In this document: one piece after another, positions 9,325-19,180 of the stretch
Layout of the letters: each line of letters starts with the position of its first letter
How positions within the stretch are numbered: the stretch's first letter is position 1
IMG/VR virus record: IMGVR_UViG_3300029305_009146
From: an uncultured virus (IMG/VR IMGVR_UViG_3300029305_009146)
Taxonomy: Duplodnaviria; Heunggongvirae; Uroviricota; Caudoviricetes
Strand: one strand, 5' to 3'
DNA: 64,000 bases
Made by a program: the position numbers and the translations under genes
Notes under the pieces: generated by a model
What the model saw: only the letters and a program-made list of their open reading frames with translations
Databases searched by the model: none
What the model was told of the DNA's origin: nothing

Positions 9325-10332
9325 TTACTCTAATTCAGCCACAAACATTGCAGTAAAGGCGAAATCCTTTCTGTCAGTCTGGACTCTGCCAAAGTATGCA
9401 TCAAAGGCAAGCTTTCCTTCACTCTCGCCATCAATTACACCAAGCTCTGCCGGGGTAAAACTCTCTTCTGCCCAGACATAATCACCGGTAGTAATACTCT
9501 TCCATGTATCGCCTTCTGTTTCCGGCTTAAGACCGAGCGAAAAATACTTCTGGGAATTCTCAAAGTCTAACAGCTCCCAGTCAAGCTCTGCCGGAAGTTC
9601 GTCCGGACGAATCAGGCTGGTGAACGGAAGGTTCGCAGAAGCGATAGACTGGAGCTTAACCTTTACCGGGGCCTTACTGTTGTTTGTAATAAACACGTCC
9701 CCGTACACCAGTGCATCTTCTTCGTTTACATTAATCACAAGATTAATGTTTAACGGCACACTGATGTTGACTATAGTCGCCTCCATTTCAACATCGATTC
9801 CCATAGACGCAGAAGATGGAACGCTCGAAGACTCATTTTCTAAATCATAATCGATATTTGAATGTGGCAAACTCTGCAATAGTGCTATATCTCCTCTGTA
9901 ATCAAAGGTGGAAGCAAAAGGAGTTAATCCGCTCTGTTCATTATAAAAAGCAAAAGCAATACCATTTTCTACTTCGGTTACATTTGTTACAGCCCCATCT
10001 TTGACATGGACTACGTAATGAGCAAAAGTATTGACGTAGCCATTATTGTTGTCATAATCAGGTGTATAAGAATCTTTCGGGAAGACATATGTGTAAATCC
10101 CCGTGTTCTCATTATAACTTACAATAAGCTTATTTCCGCACTCGTAAACTGTCTGTTTTTGGGATTCATAGGTGTCCCAATTAACCTCAGTCCATAGACC
10201 CGGAATATAAACTCCGTCATCTGTTTCTGCGGCATTTGATACCGTAGCCTCTATCATCGCGACAGGAGCAATCAGCGCCAAAACAAAACAGAAAGACAAC
10301 AAAAGGGACATCATTTTTTTTCTTGGTTGCAT
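9325..10332 (-). CDS. Secreted protein, VPL...FVAEL family paralog 5
   Basis: Signal peptide; shared C-terminal ~150-aa domain ending MFVAELE. Confidence 0.85.
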   Translation of the reverse strand: MQPRKKMMSLLLSFCFVLALIAPVAMIEATVSNAAETDDGVYIPGLWTEVNWDTYESQKQTVYECGNKLIVSYNENTGIYTYVFPKDSYTPDYDNNNGYVNTFAHYVVHVKDGAVTNVTEVENGIAFAFYNEQSGLTPFASTFDYRGDIALLQSLPHSNIDYDLENESSSVPSSASMGIDVEMEATIVNISVPLNINLVINVNEEDALVYGDVFITNNSKAPVKVKLQSIASANLPFTSLIRPDELPAELDWELLDFENSQKYFSLGLKPETEGDTWKSITTGDYVWAEESFTPAELGVIDGESEGKLAFDAYFGRVQTDRKDFAFTAMFVAELE

Positions 10333-10365
10333 TCTTTGATTTTTCCATCATGAGCACCTCCGTGT

Positions 10366-13300
10366 TTAGTTGTTGTCGTAGAGCTCTGCTACGAACATAA
10401 TCATCAGGTTCAAGTTGTCCGGGTTTTTAAAGCTTTTACCGTACCATGCATCCATCTCAAGAGTAACCTCTCCTTTTCCGGTAACAATGCCCAATGCTGT
10501 TTTCTCAGTTACATTGTCTGCATAAGCATAATCCCCTATAAGAACTTCCTGCCAGTTTGCATTTTCCTGCGCTCTGAGTCCAATAGCGAAATATTCGGAA
10601 GAATATTCCTTAGTAAGAGTATCCCACGTAAGGTCATCCGGCAATCCCTCCGGGGTTACCATGGTCTTTGCCGCATCTGTCTGAGAGAAACTACCCACGG
10701 AAATCTTTACCGGGGAGTAACTGTGGTTCGTAACCACAATATCGCCGTAAACAAAGCCATCTTCTACGTTTGGGTTAATGGTACATGCCACGTTAAGTGG
10801 TACTGTAACGTAGATGTCGGTCGCAAACATGGATACTTCAATATTCATATTTCCCTCGGCATTTACGCTGTTATTATTGTTATGTTCACCACCACCACTC
10901 TCGCCTCTGTAGACAGGACTTCCACTCCAATTCATGAATCGGATTTGGTTCTCTGCTTCTTCATCTGTGTCGTAACAAACAACGTAATCTACATTCTCAT
11001 CGACGATGCACTCTACATCGTAAGGCATATCAGCGTATCTGTAGGTCTGATAGGTTGCGTTTGTTGTAAGTTCTTCAGAACTTGGCGCACGGTCAATTAC
11101 AAACTCATACTCTCCCTTATCAGTTACGACTTTTAAGGTTCTGTCAGACTTTACAGAATTATTGGTACAAATGATGTGAGTTTTGCCTTCATCGTCCTTC
11201 CATACAGAGGAAACATAGAGTCTGGAGCTTGGACCGCAATTTTCTGCAACGGTTTCATCTCTTTTGATATAAAACAGGGTGCTTGAATTCTCGGTTGAGT
11301 ATTCATCGGAAGCAACAATGTTTCTGAATGTCATGTTGGTTGCCACGTAATCGGAGCGATGGTCATCATATATAGGAGCACCACTACCCGCGGAGTCAAT
11401 AATAATATTCTCGAAAAGAATATTGTCACCATCGCTCTGCTCCATCTTAACGAAGATTGCCGCATTCACATAGGTTGTGGCGCCTTCAAAATAATAGCTC
11501 GGCATTGCGAAGCGAACATTATTCAGATGAACGTTAGATATGTCATATCCGGTAGTACCATAAATCTGAACACCATCAACATGTCCTCCTGTTGTAGAGG
11601 CAGAGTCTGTGACATTGACAACAAAGCAGTCTTCCACAGTAAAATTGGACATGATATTCATCGCATCGCCGTTATTAATTTCGAAAAGACAATTTTTAAA
11701 TGTCATGTTGGAGCCTGTCGCACCACGAATAGTACAATTTTCGAACACAAGGTTTATTTCGGAAAGAGAGGTCTTATCATGAAGAATTCCGTCAAATTTA
11801 CAGTTTTTAAAAATAACAGTACGCTCTCCGGATAAAACTGTAGAGTTCAACGTCTGGAACCCGAATTCGGAAAAATCATAATTTTCGACAATGGATTCCT
11901 TTGCTAAAGAGCCGTTTGAATATCCGTTTAACAGGATTCTTGAATTCTCTGGTTCATACACAAACTTTGGTGCATTTCCGCCATCATCACTTAAGACGGT
12001 TCCGATAAAACCGGTCTCGCTGATTGCTGTCAGTCCTACATTATCACATCCCGTATTATATTTATCCGGAATAACAATGGTATCGCGACAAGTCTCTGTA
12101 ATAAGTTCTTTCTGAGAAGAGGTCTGAGTTATGTGCTCTCCGTTAGATTTACAGTACACAGAATCAGTACCGTAATTAACAAAACGAATCTGGTTTTCAG
12201 CGGAAACAGAGGTATCATAACAAACCACATAATCACCGGTTGTCTCAACCTCTACATCAAACGGAAATTGAGAAAAGTTGGTGTAGGTCTTACCTTCTGC
12301 CCAGGTCGGAGCTGCCGGGATAACCACATCCTTTGTTCCGGTATTGGTCACAACCTTTAAGGTCTTTGCTTCGTTTGTGTAGTTGGTCGCAAGTAAATGA
12401 ATGGTATCATTCTCTTTCCAGACAGAGGATACGAACAATTTATCTGCATCTTTGATTTCAGTGTGGTCGAAGGAATTCTGGGAATATTCATCTCCACCGC
12501 AATTTAATTTACCATACTGATATCCACAACCAACGACAATATTCTCAACCGTATTGTTCTCGATTACAACGCCCTCTTCCGGGTACTTTCTTCCGTAATA
12601 TACGGAATAATTACCGCCATAGAGCATACAATCCCTGATAACAGAATTGTAGCAGTCTCCCTCCAGTATAAAGAAGATTGCAGCATTTGTGACATATTCA
12701 TTATAGGAAGGCGTATCAAAACGACAGTTGGTAATGTAAAAATTTTCGTTGCCAGTAGCACTACTGGTTACTTGTATGCCGTCTGCATGAGCCCCATCGG
12801 TAGAACCAATGTTGTAAAAATAGCAGTTTTCATATCCACCATTGCTAAACCCTTTACCGCCATCAGAACCCATGTTGTAAATTTTACAATTAATAAGCTT
12901 AAAGTTGGTTGTCGGATTAACACAAGCAGAAGTCTGGTTCATAAACTCACAGTTTTCAAACGTGACGGTGACATTTTCAGAATCAAAGTTGCTTCCGGTA
13001 TTAATTGCGTATGTACCATTATTGGCAAATTTACAATTTCTGAACACCATAGATTGTAATCCGGGTTTATTAAGGGTTACTGTTCTATCGAAAAGTATAT
13101 TTTCGTAGACAGTTCCAAACGTGTTTTGTATGGAGGTTGTGATGTACAGAGCACCTTCCTCCGGATAGGATGCTCCGAAATACTCGGCTGCAGGAGTGAG
13201 TTCTCCACTGCAACCAGTATTGTGTTTATCCGGAATTACATGCTCATCATAATATCCCGGTTCTACCAGTGTCATTTCTTCTGCATGAACCGTTTCTACG

Positions 13301-13371
13301 GCCCCGCATGTGACAAAAAGACCACATACGAGGCAAAGAACAGTCAGCATAGACAACAGCTTCTCTTTCAT
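10366..13371 (-). CDS. Secreted protein with two tandem beta-helix-like modules plus shared VPL...FVAEL domain (paralog 4)
   Basis: Two modules, each from VIPDKxNTGC to YVVCYDT..AENQIRF, with FxNCxF repeats and HxDGxQ. Confidence 0.85.
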   Translation of the reverse strand: MKEKLLSMLTVLCLVCGLFVTCGAVETVHAEEMTLVEPGYYDEHVIPDKHNTGCSGELTPAAEYFGASYPEEGALYITTSIQNTFGTVYENILFDRTVTLNKPGLQSMVFRNCKFANNGTYAINTGSNFDSENVTVTFENCEFMNQTSACVNPTTNFKLINCKIYNMGSDGGKGFSNGGYENCYFYNIGSTDGAHADGIQVTSSATGNENFYITNCRFDTPSYNEYVTNAAIFFILEGDCYNSVIRDCMLYGGNYSVYYGRKYPEEGVVIENNTVENIVVGCGYQYGKLNCGGDEYSQNSFDHTEIKDADKLFVSSVWKENDTIHLLATNYTNEAKTLKVVTNTGTKDVVIPAAPTWAEGKTYTNFSQFPFDVEVETTGDYVVCYDTSVSAENQIRFVNYGTDSVYCKSNGEHITQTSSQKELITETCRDTIVIPDKYNTGCDNVGLTAISETGFIGTVLSDDGGNAPKFVYEPENSRILLNGYSNGSLAKESIVENYDFSEFGFQTLNSTVLSGERTVIFKNCKFDGILHDKTSLSEINLVFENCTIRGATGSNMTFKNCLFEINNGDAMNIMSNFTVEDCFVVNVTDSASTTGGHVDGVQIYGTTGYDISNVHLNNVRFAMPSYYFEGATTYVNAAIFVKMEQSDGDNILFENIIIDSAGSGAPIYDDHRSDYVATNMTFRNIVASDEYSTENSSTLFYIKRDETVAENCGPSSRLYVSSVWKDDEGKTHIICTNNSVKSDRTLKVVTDKGEYEFVIDRAPSSEELTTNATYQTYRYADMPYDVECIVDENVDYVVCYDTDEEAENQIRFMNWSGSPVYRGESGGGEHNNNNSVNAEGNMNIEVSMFATDIYVTVPLNVACTINPNVEDGFVYGDIVVTNHSYSPVKISVGSFSQTDAAKTMVTPEGLPDDLTWDTLTKEYSSEYFAIGLRAQENANWQEVLIGDYAYADNVTEKTALGIVTGKGEVTLEMDAWYGKSFKNPDNLNLMIMFVAELYDNN

Positions 13372-13445
13372 AAAGCTCTCCTTTCTTTGTCCGAGACTAA
13401 AACATTTTGTAAGAGTTGTTTTAGCCTGTTGTTTTCCTTGCTATT

Positions 13446-13452
13446 GTTAAGG
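13446..13452 (-). promoter_or_regulatory. Element motif core (TTTT)CCTTAAC
   Basis: Intergenic, upstream of the 1001-aa gene. Confidence 0.6.
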
Positions 13453-13472
13453 AAAATAAAAATGAAAAACCG

Positions 13473-16106
13473 TTAATAAGCATAGGTTATTGTGAAGTTG
13501 CCACTGGTTTCAAACCATGTAATGCTGTCTTTCGCAACAAAACCGAAATTGAAAGCAGTTGTTCCTTCTGTCGTATTTGTTTTTATGTTCCTTAGCGCTG
13601 GCATGTTGTCGTTGACCTTCGTCCATGTAGTACCATTATCATAAGACAACCAACCATTTACTACGCCGTTCGTGCATGAACATTCCTTAAAACACAACGC
13701 ATTCGCGGAGTTTCCTGCTTCTACAATTCTAGTAGAGTTGCCCGCAAACAGAATATTCTGTGTTTCGTTCTTTCCTAAGAACCAGTATCCCTGGTCTTTT
13801 AAGCCTTCCGGGATGGTATAACTGCCATCAATGACAGACACAAACGTGTTTGCACTAAAGCCTCTGTAGGTTGCAGATACTGTGTATTTACCGACTGTTG
13901 TCAGGTCAATTCCGCTCTGATTTATAACGGCTTCATCGGACACATCTGCGGTGGAGCCGTCTGCATAAGTGGCAATAACTGTATATGCATCATTAGAATC
14001 AGACTCTCCTAACAGAATGTTTCCGTTTCTGCTGACAGTAATCTTTGTGACAGGGTTGAATACGTATTCACCAAGCTCTGCATATTGCGCACGGGTTACC
14101 ACTTCTATTTTTCCGGTATCCTCTAAATCCTTAAGGTAATCAAACAATTCTCTCCATTTTGCTATATCCGGCTCATCATTAAACGGCATATGCCAGTAAA
14201 TCTCTACAGACCGGCCCGGTTCAACCTGGTCTATCCAGCCCTGGATTTTGGAAAAGTTGCCGCCGTATCTAAGCAAGTCGTACTCCGAAGAAGCGGTAAT
14301 CGTACCGGTCACGCTCACGCCGACTCTTCCCCCGACTGCAGTATAGCCCATTCCTCTCCAGTCGTAATTATTTATATTACCTATCTGTCTTAAGTCAAAT
14401 TCAACGCCATCAACCGTCGCGGTAGGAGTGCCGCCCCAGTTTCCGACAGTTTTAATCGGGAATCCGTATGCCTCTTCCAATATCTCCCTTGAATCAGCTA
14501 TATAAGGAGCCCCCTGTGCAACGTCCGTGTCGGCAAGCTGTATCATAATTTCGTTACGCAGCTCCTCTTCTGTCCTGGTTCCACCCTGGTCTGTATAAGA
14601 AGTATGCAATTCTGTAAGAAAATCACCGGTAAGATAAGTACTATCCCAGATTTTCTTGCTTGAAGAACCATGCTGTGCTACTTCACCTAAGTCATTGTCG
14701 TAAAGATATTTACCTAATGTAACAACATCGACACCATCAGGGAATAATGCCGGAGCGTCGTCTTCCGTAAACATGGTATCGTCTACATCAGAACCTAATG
14801 CTTTTGCAATGTTTTCGGCCTCTACGTTCATGGTATACGGGAAGTCATAGGTCCTCAGCAATCTGAAAAACTTTGCATTTCCGACATTGTCGTCATCCGT
14901 ACCAAGAATCAAATATTTCTTATCAGTCGTGTTCTTTAGCTGCCACGTGCCTGTCGGCAGGATTTCTTCGTCCTCAGACGGGTCTGAAACGTCCGGCGTT
15001 ACCTGCGGAGTAACAGAAGGTGTCACCTCCGGCGTCACGCCCGGAGTTGTGTTCCCGGGAGCATTTCCTCCATCCGAGCAGAGTTCCGCGACAAAGAGCA
15101 CTTGAAGGGATAATTCCCTCTTTTCTTTAAAACTACGTCCGTAATGCGCTTCCAGTTCAAGAGGTGCAGTTACTTTTCCTGCAACAATTCCCAGCGGGGA
15201 AAGTTCAGACACATTGTCGGCATAGACATATTCGTTGGCAAGTCTTTCCTGCCAGCCGGTATCTGCAGCATTTATTCCAATAGAAAGATATTCTGCGCTC
15301 TGTTCTCCGTTTAAAGCATCCCATGAAAGCCCCGTTGCAGACTCTATCTCGTCGGGAGCCAGCAAGGTAAAGGCCCCATCCTTTTGAGCAAAGCCACCAA
15401 CGGATATTTTAACCGGTGCCAATGCATTGTTTTGTACAGAGATATCGCCGTAGGTAAAGCCGTCTTCTACATTCGGATTGATAGTACACGTTACGTTAAG
15501 CGGAACTGTTACGCTTATTTCGGTGGTATGCATAGTGACGTCGATTGTCATAGAATAATTCCCCTGTGCATTTCCCGGCGATGGAGTCCAACCCGTATAG
15601 GTATAAGAAAAATTGCTGTGAGGACAATCCTCTAATTCTGCTATTCCGTCACGGTAATCGAAATTACTGTGGGTAATGAGCTCGACGTTGTCAAACGGAG
15701 ATGAACTGTTAAGAGTGAAAGTGCCAGAGCCCTTAAACGGTTCAGCACTTTCAACGTATTCATAGATGCCATCCGTATTTGTGTCGGTAAAAACATACTG
15801 ATTAAAAGTTCCTTCTCTGTACAGATAGTATTTCTCGTCGGAGAGTCCTGCGGTCGGTTTTTCGTCATCTAAGATAAACGTAATCACCGGATTCCCCTGG
15901 TTATCAGTCGAAGAGTGAATAACAATATAATTGCATTCAGACACAGCCTGTAAAAAATCGACTTTTGTATTAAAGTCCTCAATTTCGGTCTCCAAATTTG
16001 GGAGGCCTTCGTTCATTTCTCCGGCCAGCGCTTCCACCGGGGTGCTCATAGCACAAAGACCAAGAACCATGCAAAGGCATAAAAATATGGATAATAACTT
16101 TTTCAT
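13473..16106 (-). CDS. Secreted protein: internal VPL...FVAEL domain, VTP linker, polysaccharide-deacetylase-like domain, Ig-like domain (paralog 3)
   Basis: LILGTDD, EVAQHG and IYWH resemble NodB/CE4 motifs; VIATYADGS...VGKYTVSATY is Ig-like. Confidence 0.75.
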   Translation of the reverse strand: MKKLLSIFLCLCMVLGLCAMSTPVEALAGEMNEGLPNLETEIEDFNTKVDFLQAVSECNYIVIHSSTDNQGNPVITFILDDEKPTAGLSDEKYYLYREGTFNQYVFTDTNTDGIYEYVESAEPFKGSGTFTLNSSSPFDNVELITHSNFDYRDGIAELEDCPHSNFSYTYTGWTPSPGNAQGNYSMTIDVTMHTTEISVTVPLNVTCTINPNVEDGFTYGDISVQNNALAPVKISVGGFAQKDGAFTLLAPDEIESATGLSWDALNGEQSAEYLSIGINAADTGWQERLANEYVYADNVSELSPLGIVAGKVTAPLELEAHYGRSFKEKRELSLQVLFVAELCSDGGNAPGNTTPGVTPEVTPSVTPQVTPDVSDPSEDEEILPTGTWQLKNTTDKKYLILGTDDDNVGNAKFFRLLRTYDFPYTMNVEAENIAKALGSDVDDTMFTEDDAPALFPDGVDVVTLGKYLYDNDLGEVAQHGSSSKKIWDSTYLTGDFLTELHTSYTDQGGTRTEEELRNEIMIQLADTDVAQGAPYIADSREILEEAYGFPIKTVGNWGGTPTATVDGVEFDLRQIGNINNYDWRGMGYTAVGGRVGVSVTGTITASSEYDLLRYGGNFSKIQGWIDQVEPGRSVEIYWHMPFNDEPDIAKWRELFDYLKDLEDTGKIEVVTRAQYAELGEYVFNPVTKITVSRNGNILLGESDSNDAYTVIATYADGSTADVSDEAVINQSGIDLTTVGKYTVSATYRGFSANTFVSVIDGSYTIPEGLKDQGYWFLGKNETQNILFAGNSTRIVEAGNSANALCFKECSCTNGVVNGWLSYDNGTTWTKVNDNMPALRNIKTNTTEGTTAFNFGFVAKDSITWFETSGNFTITYAY

Positions 16107-16118
16107 CTGACTCCTCCT

Positions 16119-17411
16119 TTACTCTAATTCAGCCACAAAGGTTACAGCAAAGCTAAACGAATTTCCCTCGGATTGTACGCGACCAAAACGCGCATCAAGC
16201 CCTAAGTTGGAGGAAGATTCTGCTTGTATAACACCAAGCTCCGTCTCGGTAAATCCCGGTACGGCCCACGCATAATCGCCGGCAATAGACTTCCACGGGT
16301 CGTTTTCTGCATCAATTGCTTTAACGCCAAGCGCGAAGTATTTCTGAGAATCCTCTGCACCAAGAGTTTCCCATTCAAGACTATCCGGCAATTCATCCGG
16401 TGCAATCAAGTCAGTGAACGGCAAATCGTTAGAGGTAAAGTTTGCGATACTCAGCTTCACCGGAGCCTTGGTTTCGTTTTCGACTACAATGTCGGCGTAA
16501 ACAAGCGCGTCATCCACGTTTACGTTGATAGATACGGCTACGTTTAACGGAACACGAACACAGACAACGGTTGGCTCTACATCGATATCTACTTGCGTCA
16601 TACCGGCGAATACATCAAAGGCAGCGGTACGCACATCCCCATGAACAGACGGAACGGTATACGGGGTGCTGTTTTCGGTGCCGGAAACATCGTTGCTACT
16701 AAAAATAACAGTTTCCCGAGCTCCGATTTCTTTTGTGGTAACAACGGTCCAAGCTTGTTCGCAAACAGCAATAGCTCCGGAATCTTCCACAAGTCCGTCC
16801 TCGATATCATACCATTGTACGCTTGTATCATTAAGCTCTACTCTGACAAAGCAATAACCTTCGCATGATATTGTGTAATATGCATTTCCCTGCGTTTCAA
16901 AATCCACATCATCTAAAACGGACTTTGTAAATTCGCCTATTTCTTTTTTTGTGTAAAAAGTCGTGATGGACGGATAATCGTTCTCTACCGGGTCACCGGA
17001 GCCTGGAGTATAGATATAGTGATAAGAGTCATAAGCTGAGATTACAGCATATTTCTGGTCAATAAGCTCCCCAGGCAAGTTTTCGCCTGCGGCATATTCA
17101 ACCGGAACGTAATCAGCATCCGGGGCATAAACTTTCGCATTGCCGGTTGCAGTAAAAATAGTTCCCGATGAAGAGACAGATAACGTCAAGTCTCCGTTAT
17201 AGAAAATAACACCGGTGTCCTTAGTGTTACCGACAAGCCAGAATTTTTCATAATCCGGTTCGTTAATGGTTCTCTCACCGTACCTGGTATCAACGGTTAC
17301 AGTTGCGGCCTCTGCTCTTTCGGGGGCAAATATAAGTCCTGCAATTAAAGCAAATGCGGCAAAAGCAAATCCTTTTGCAAATTTTGTTTTCATGGAATTT
17401 TCTCCTTTCAA
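16119..17411 (-). CDS. Secreted protein, VPL...FVAEL family paralog 2
   Basis: Signal peptide; shared C-terminal domain ending TFVAELE. Confidence 0.85.
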   Translation of the reverse strand: MKGENSMKTKFAKGFAFAAFALIAGLIFAPERAEAATVTVDTRYGERTINEPDYEKFWLVGNTKDTGVIFYNGDLTLSVSSSGTIFTATGNAKVYAPDADYVPVEYAAGENLPGELIDQKYAVISAYDSYHYIYTPGSGDPVENDYPSITTFYTKKEIGEFTKSVLDDVDFETQGNAYYTISCEGYCFVRVELNDTSVQWYDIEDGLVEDSGAIAVCEQAWTVVTTKEIGARETVIFSSNDVSGTENSTPYTVPSVHGDVRTAAFDVFAGMTQVDIDVEPTVVCVRVPLNVAVSINVNVDDALVYADIVVENETKAPVKLSIANFTSNDLPFTDLIAPDELPDSLEWETLGAEDSQKYFALGVKAIDAENDPWKSIAGDYAWAVPGFTETELGVIQAESSSNLGLDARFGRVQSEGNSFSFAVTFVAELE

Positions 17412-17465
17412 TTTCTTGTTGCTATAGAATTACAGTATGGAATGCCGTAAAACAGCCTCCATACT

Positions 17466-17472
17466 GTTAAGG
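17466..17472 (-). promoter_or_regulatory. Element motif core (TTTC)CCTTAAC
   Basis: Intergenic. Confidence 0.6.
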
Positions 17473-17490
17473 GAAATATTTTTTAAGAAA

Positions 17491-18366
17491 CTACTCCAGA
17501 AGCTCAACCACGAAGGTTGCGGCAAAAGAGAAGTTTTGTTCTGTGGCAAAGGCCTTGCCATAATATACCTGTAAGCCCAAGTAAGCAGTGCTTTGTCCGT
17601 CAATCACGCCCAGTTCTGTCTTCTTGAATGTCGGCGAGGTATAAACATATCCTTTTGAACGGTCTTCCCTCCAAAAAACGTTCTTGTACTCAATCGGACG
17701 GATACCGATAGCTACGTAACGTAATGTTTCGCTTACACTTAAATTGTCCCAATAGAGCCCGTCCGGGAGTTCTTCGGGGCGAATGCAGTTCTGGAACGGG
17801 ATACCGGTAGTATTAAAGTCCTTGATGCTTACCACAACCGGAGCTTTGGTATGGTTCTGGACTTCGATTGCACCGAAAACAAATCCGTTTTCTGCGTTTG
17901 GGTCAATATATACGTCTACGGTCAACGGGATGGTAACACAAACCACAGTAGCTTCTACAGAAGCAACGAATTCGGTACTGGTCGTGGTAGATGGCATCTC
18001 TGTAACAACAACCTCCGGAACATCTGTGGGAACGGGCAGACCTTCGGTCGGTTCTACTGCGTCACCGGTATCATCCGGAATGAGAGTTTCTTCCGAAGGT
18101 TCAACAGTTTCGAGGTTTTCTTCTGCGGGAGCGTCTTCAGCAGGAAGTGTAATTTCGGGCTCTGTCTGTACAAGAGACCCTTCCACGACCGACTCCGTCA
18201 AACCCTCAGAAACTTCATCTCCCACGCTTGCAGATTCTTCTGTTGTAAGAATACTTTCTTCTGTTGTAAGAATACTTTCTTCTGTTGCGTATGCCGGGAA
18301 CACGTTGGTTCCGGCAATACTAAGAGTTAAAATACAAAAACACAACACACCGCTTAGCTTTCTCAT
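17491..18366 (-). CDS. Secreted protein, VPL...FVAEL family paralog 1 (acidic low-complexity N-terminus)
   Basis: Signal peptide, TEESILT 21-bp tandem repeat, shared domain ending TFVVELLE. Confidence 0.85.
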   Translation of the reverse strand: MRKLSGVLCFCILTLSIAGTNVFPAYATEESILTTEESILTTEESASVGDEVSEGLTESVVEGSLVQTEPEITLPAEDAPAEENLETVEPSEETLIPDDTGDAVEPTEGLPVPTDVPEVVVTEMPSTTTSTEFVASVEATVVCVTIPLTVDVYIDPNAENGFVFGAIEVQNHTKAPVVVSIKDFNTTGIPFQNCIRPEELPDGLYWDNLSVSETLRYVAIGIRPIEYKNVFWREDRSKGYVYTSPTFKKTELGVIDGQSTAYLGLQVYYGKAFATEQNFSFAATFVVELLE

Positions 18367-18400
18367 AATGTTAATAATCCCTCCTTACTCGATAACATGT

Positions 18401-19093
18401 TTATTGCGACAACATGTTTATAGTTATTTTTAATCCGCCTGTGCCTAAATAGGTATAATTACCGTTCTCGTTCTTTTCATAGCAAAAACAGGATAAAAGA
18501 CACGGCTGTTGCCCCGGTCTGAGGTTTTTCAGATTCTTTGTGAGTGTAACCTTATTCATTTCTTCTCCCGGCGCCAGTACAACACTGGTAAAATAAGCTT
18601 GAGATAAATCCGCTATGTCATTGTCGTACGGCAGGATGCTTATCTGGACGTAAAAGTCGTTATCGTTCTTGTACTTGAGGACGCCTTCATACGTCGGGGC
18701 CTTAAGCTCCATGTAATTGCACGCCTTGATTGTGCAGTACTTCTGCTCTGCGTTTAGCTGTTCGCGAATCTTGTCCGGGTCATACTCTTCTCCTTCGTTT
18801 GCTTCGCCGGTACCATCAATTGGTAAAACCGGCGTAGGGGTAGGTTTGTCTTTTCCCGGCTCCGGCGTCAGGGTTGCTTCCTCTCCCGGGAATCCGGTTG
18901 TGTTCGGTCCGACACCAAAGCCACCACAGGTACAATCCCGCAGTAACAAGAGAATGATAATAATAATTAAAATTGCAACAATAATTGCATTCCGGCGTCT
19001 TCTTCTCTTGTCGTAATTCTTCTCTTCGTTTTTAATCTCGTTGGGGTTTACATTTTCGTTGTTGTTTAAATTTTCCATAAGTCCTCCAATCAT
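18401..19093 (-). CDS. Membrane-anchored beta-sandwich protein, first gene of the surface cluster
   Basis: Basic patch, one TM helix, PT linker, then KNDNDFYVQISI...FTSVVLAPGE...LRPG. Confidence 0.75.
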   Translation of the reverse strand: MIGGLMENLNNNENVNPNEIKNEEKNYDKRRRRRNAIIVAILIIIIILLLLRDCTCGGFGVGPNTTGFPGEEATLTPEPGKDKPTPTPVLPIDGTGEANEGEEYDPDKIREQLNAEQKYCTIKACNYMELKAPTYEGVLKYKNDNDFYVQISILPYDNDIADLSQAYFTSVVLAPGEEMNKVTLTKNLKNLRPGQQPCLLSCFCYEKNENGNYTYLGTGGLKITINMLSQ

Positions 19094-19113
19094 TGTTATG
19101 TAATACTGATACT

Positions 19114-19142
19114 GTTAAGGGAAAAATAAAGATAAAAATAAA
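19114..19142 (-). promoter_or_regulatory. Element promoter-like motif TTTATT-N16-CCTTAAC
   Basis: Exact match heading the surface cluster. Confidence 0.75.
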
Positions 19143-19180
19143 AAAAGTGGGAAGAAATTAGTATTTCCTCCCATTTTTTC

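Noticed and set aside
9325..18366. Diversity-generating retroelement behind the paralog family
   Set aside because: No reverse transcriptase and no near-identical template/variable repeat pair; paralogs are diverged throughout
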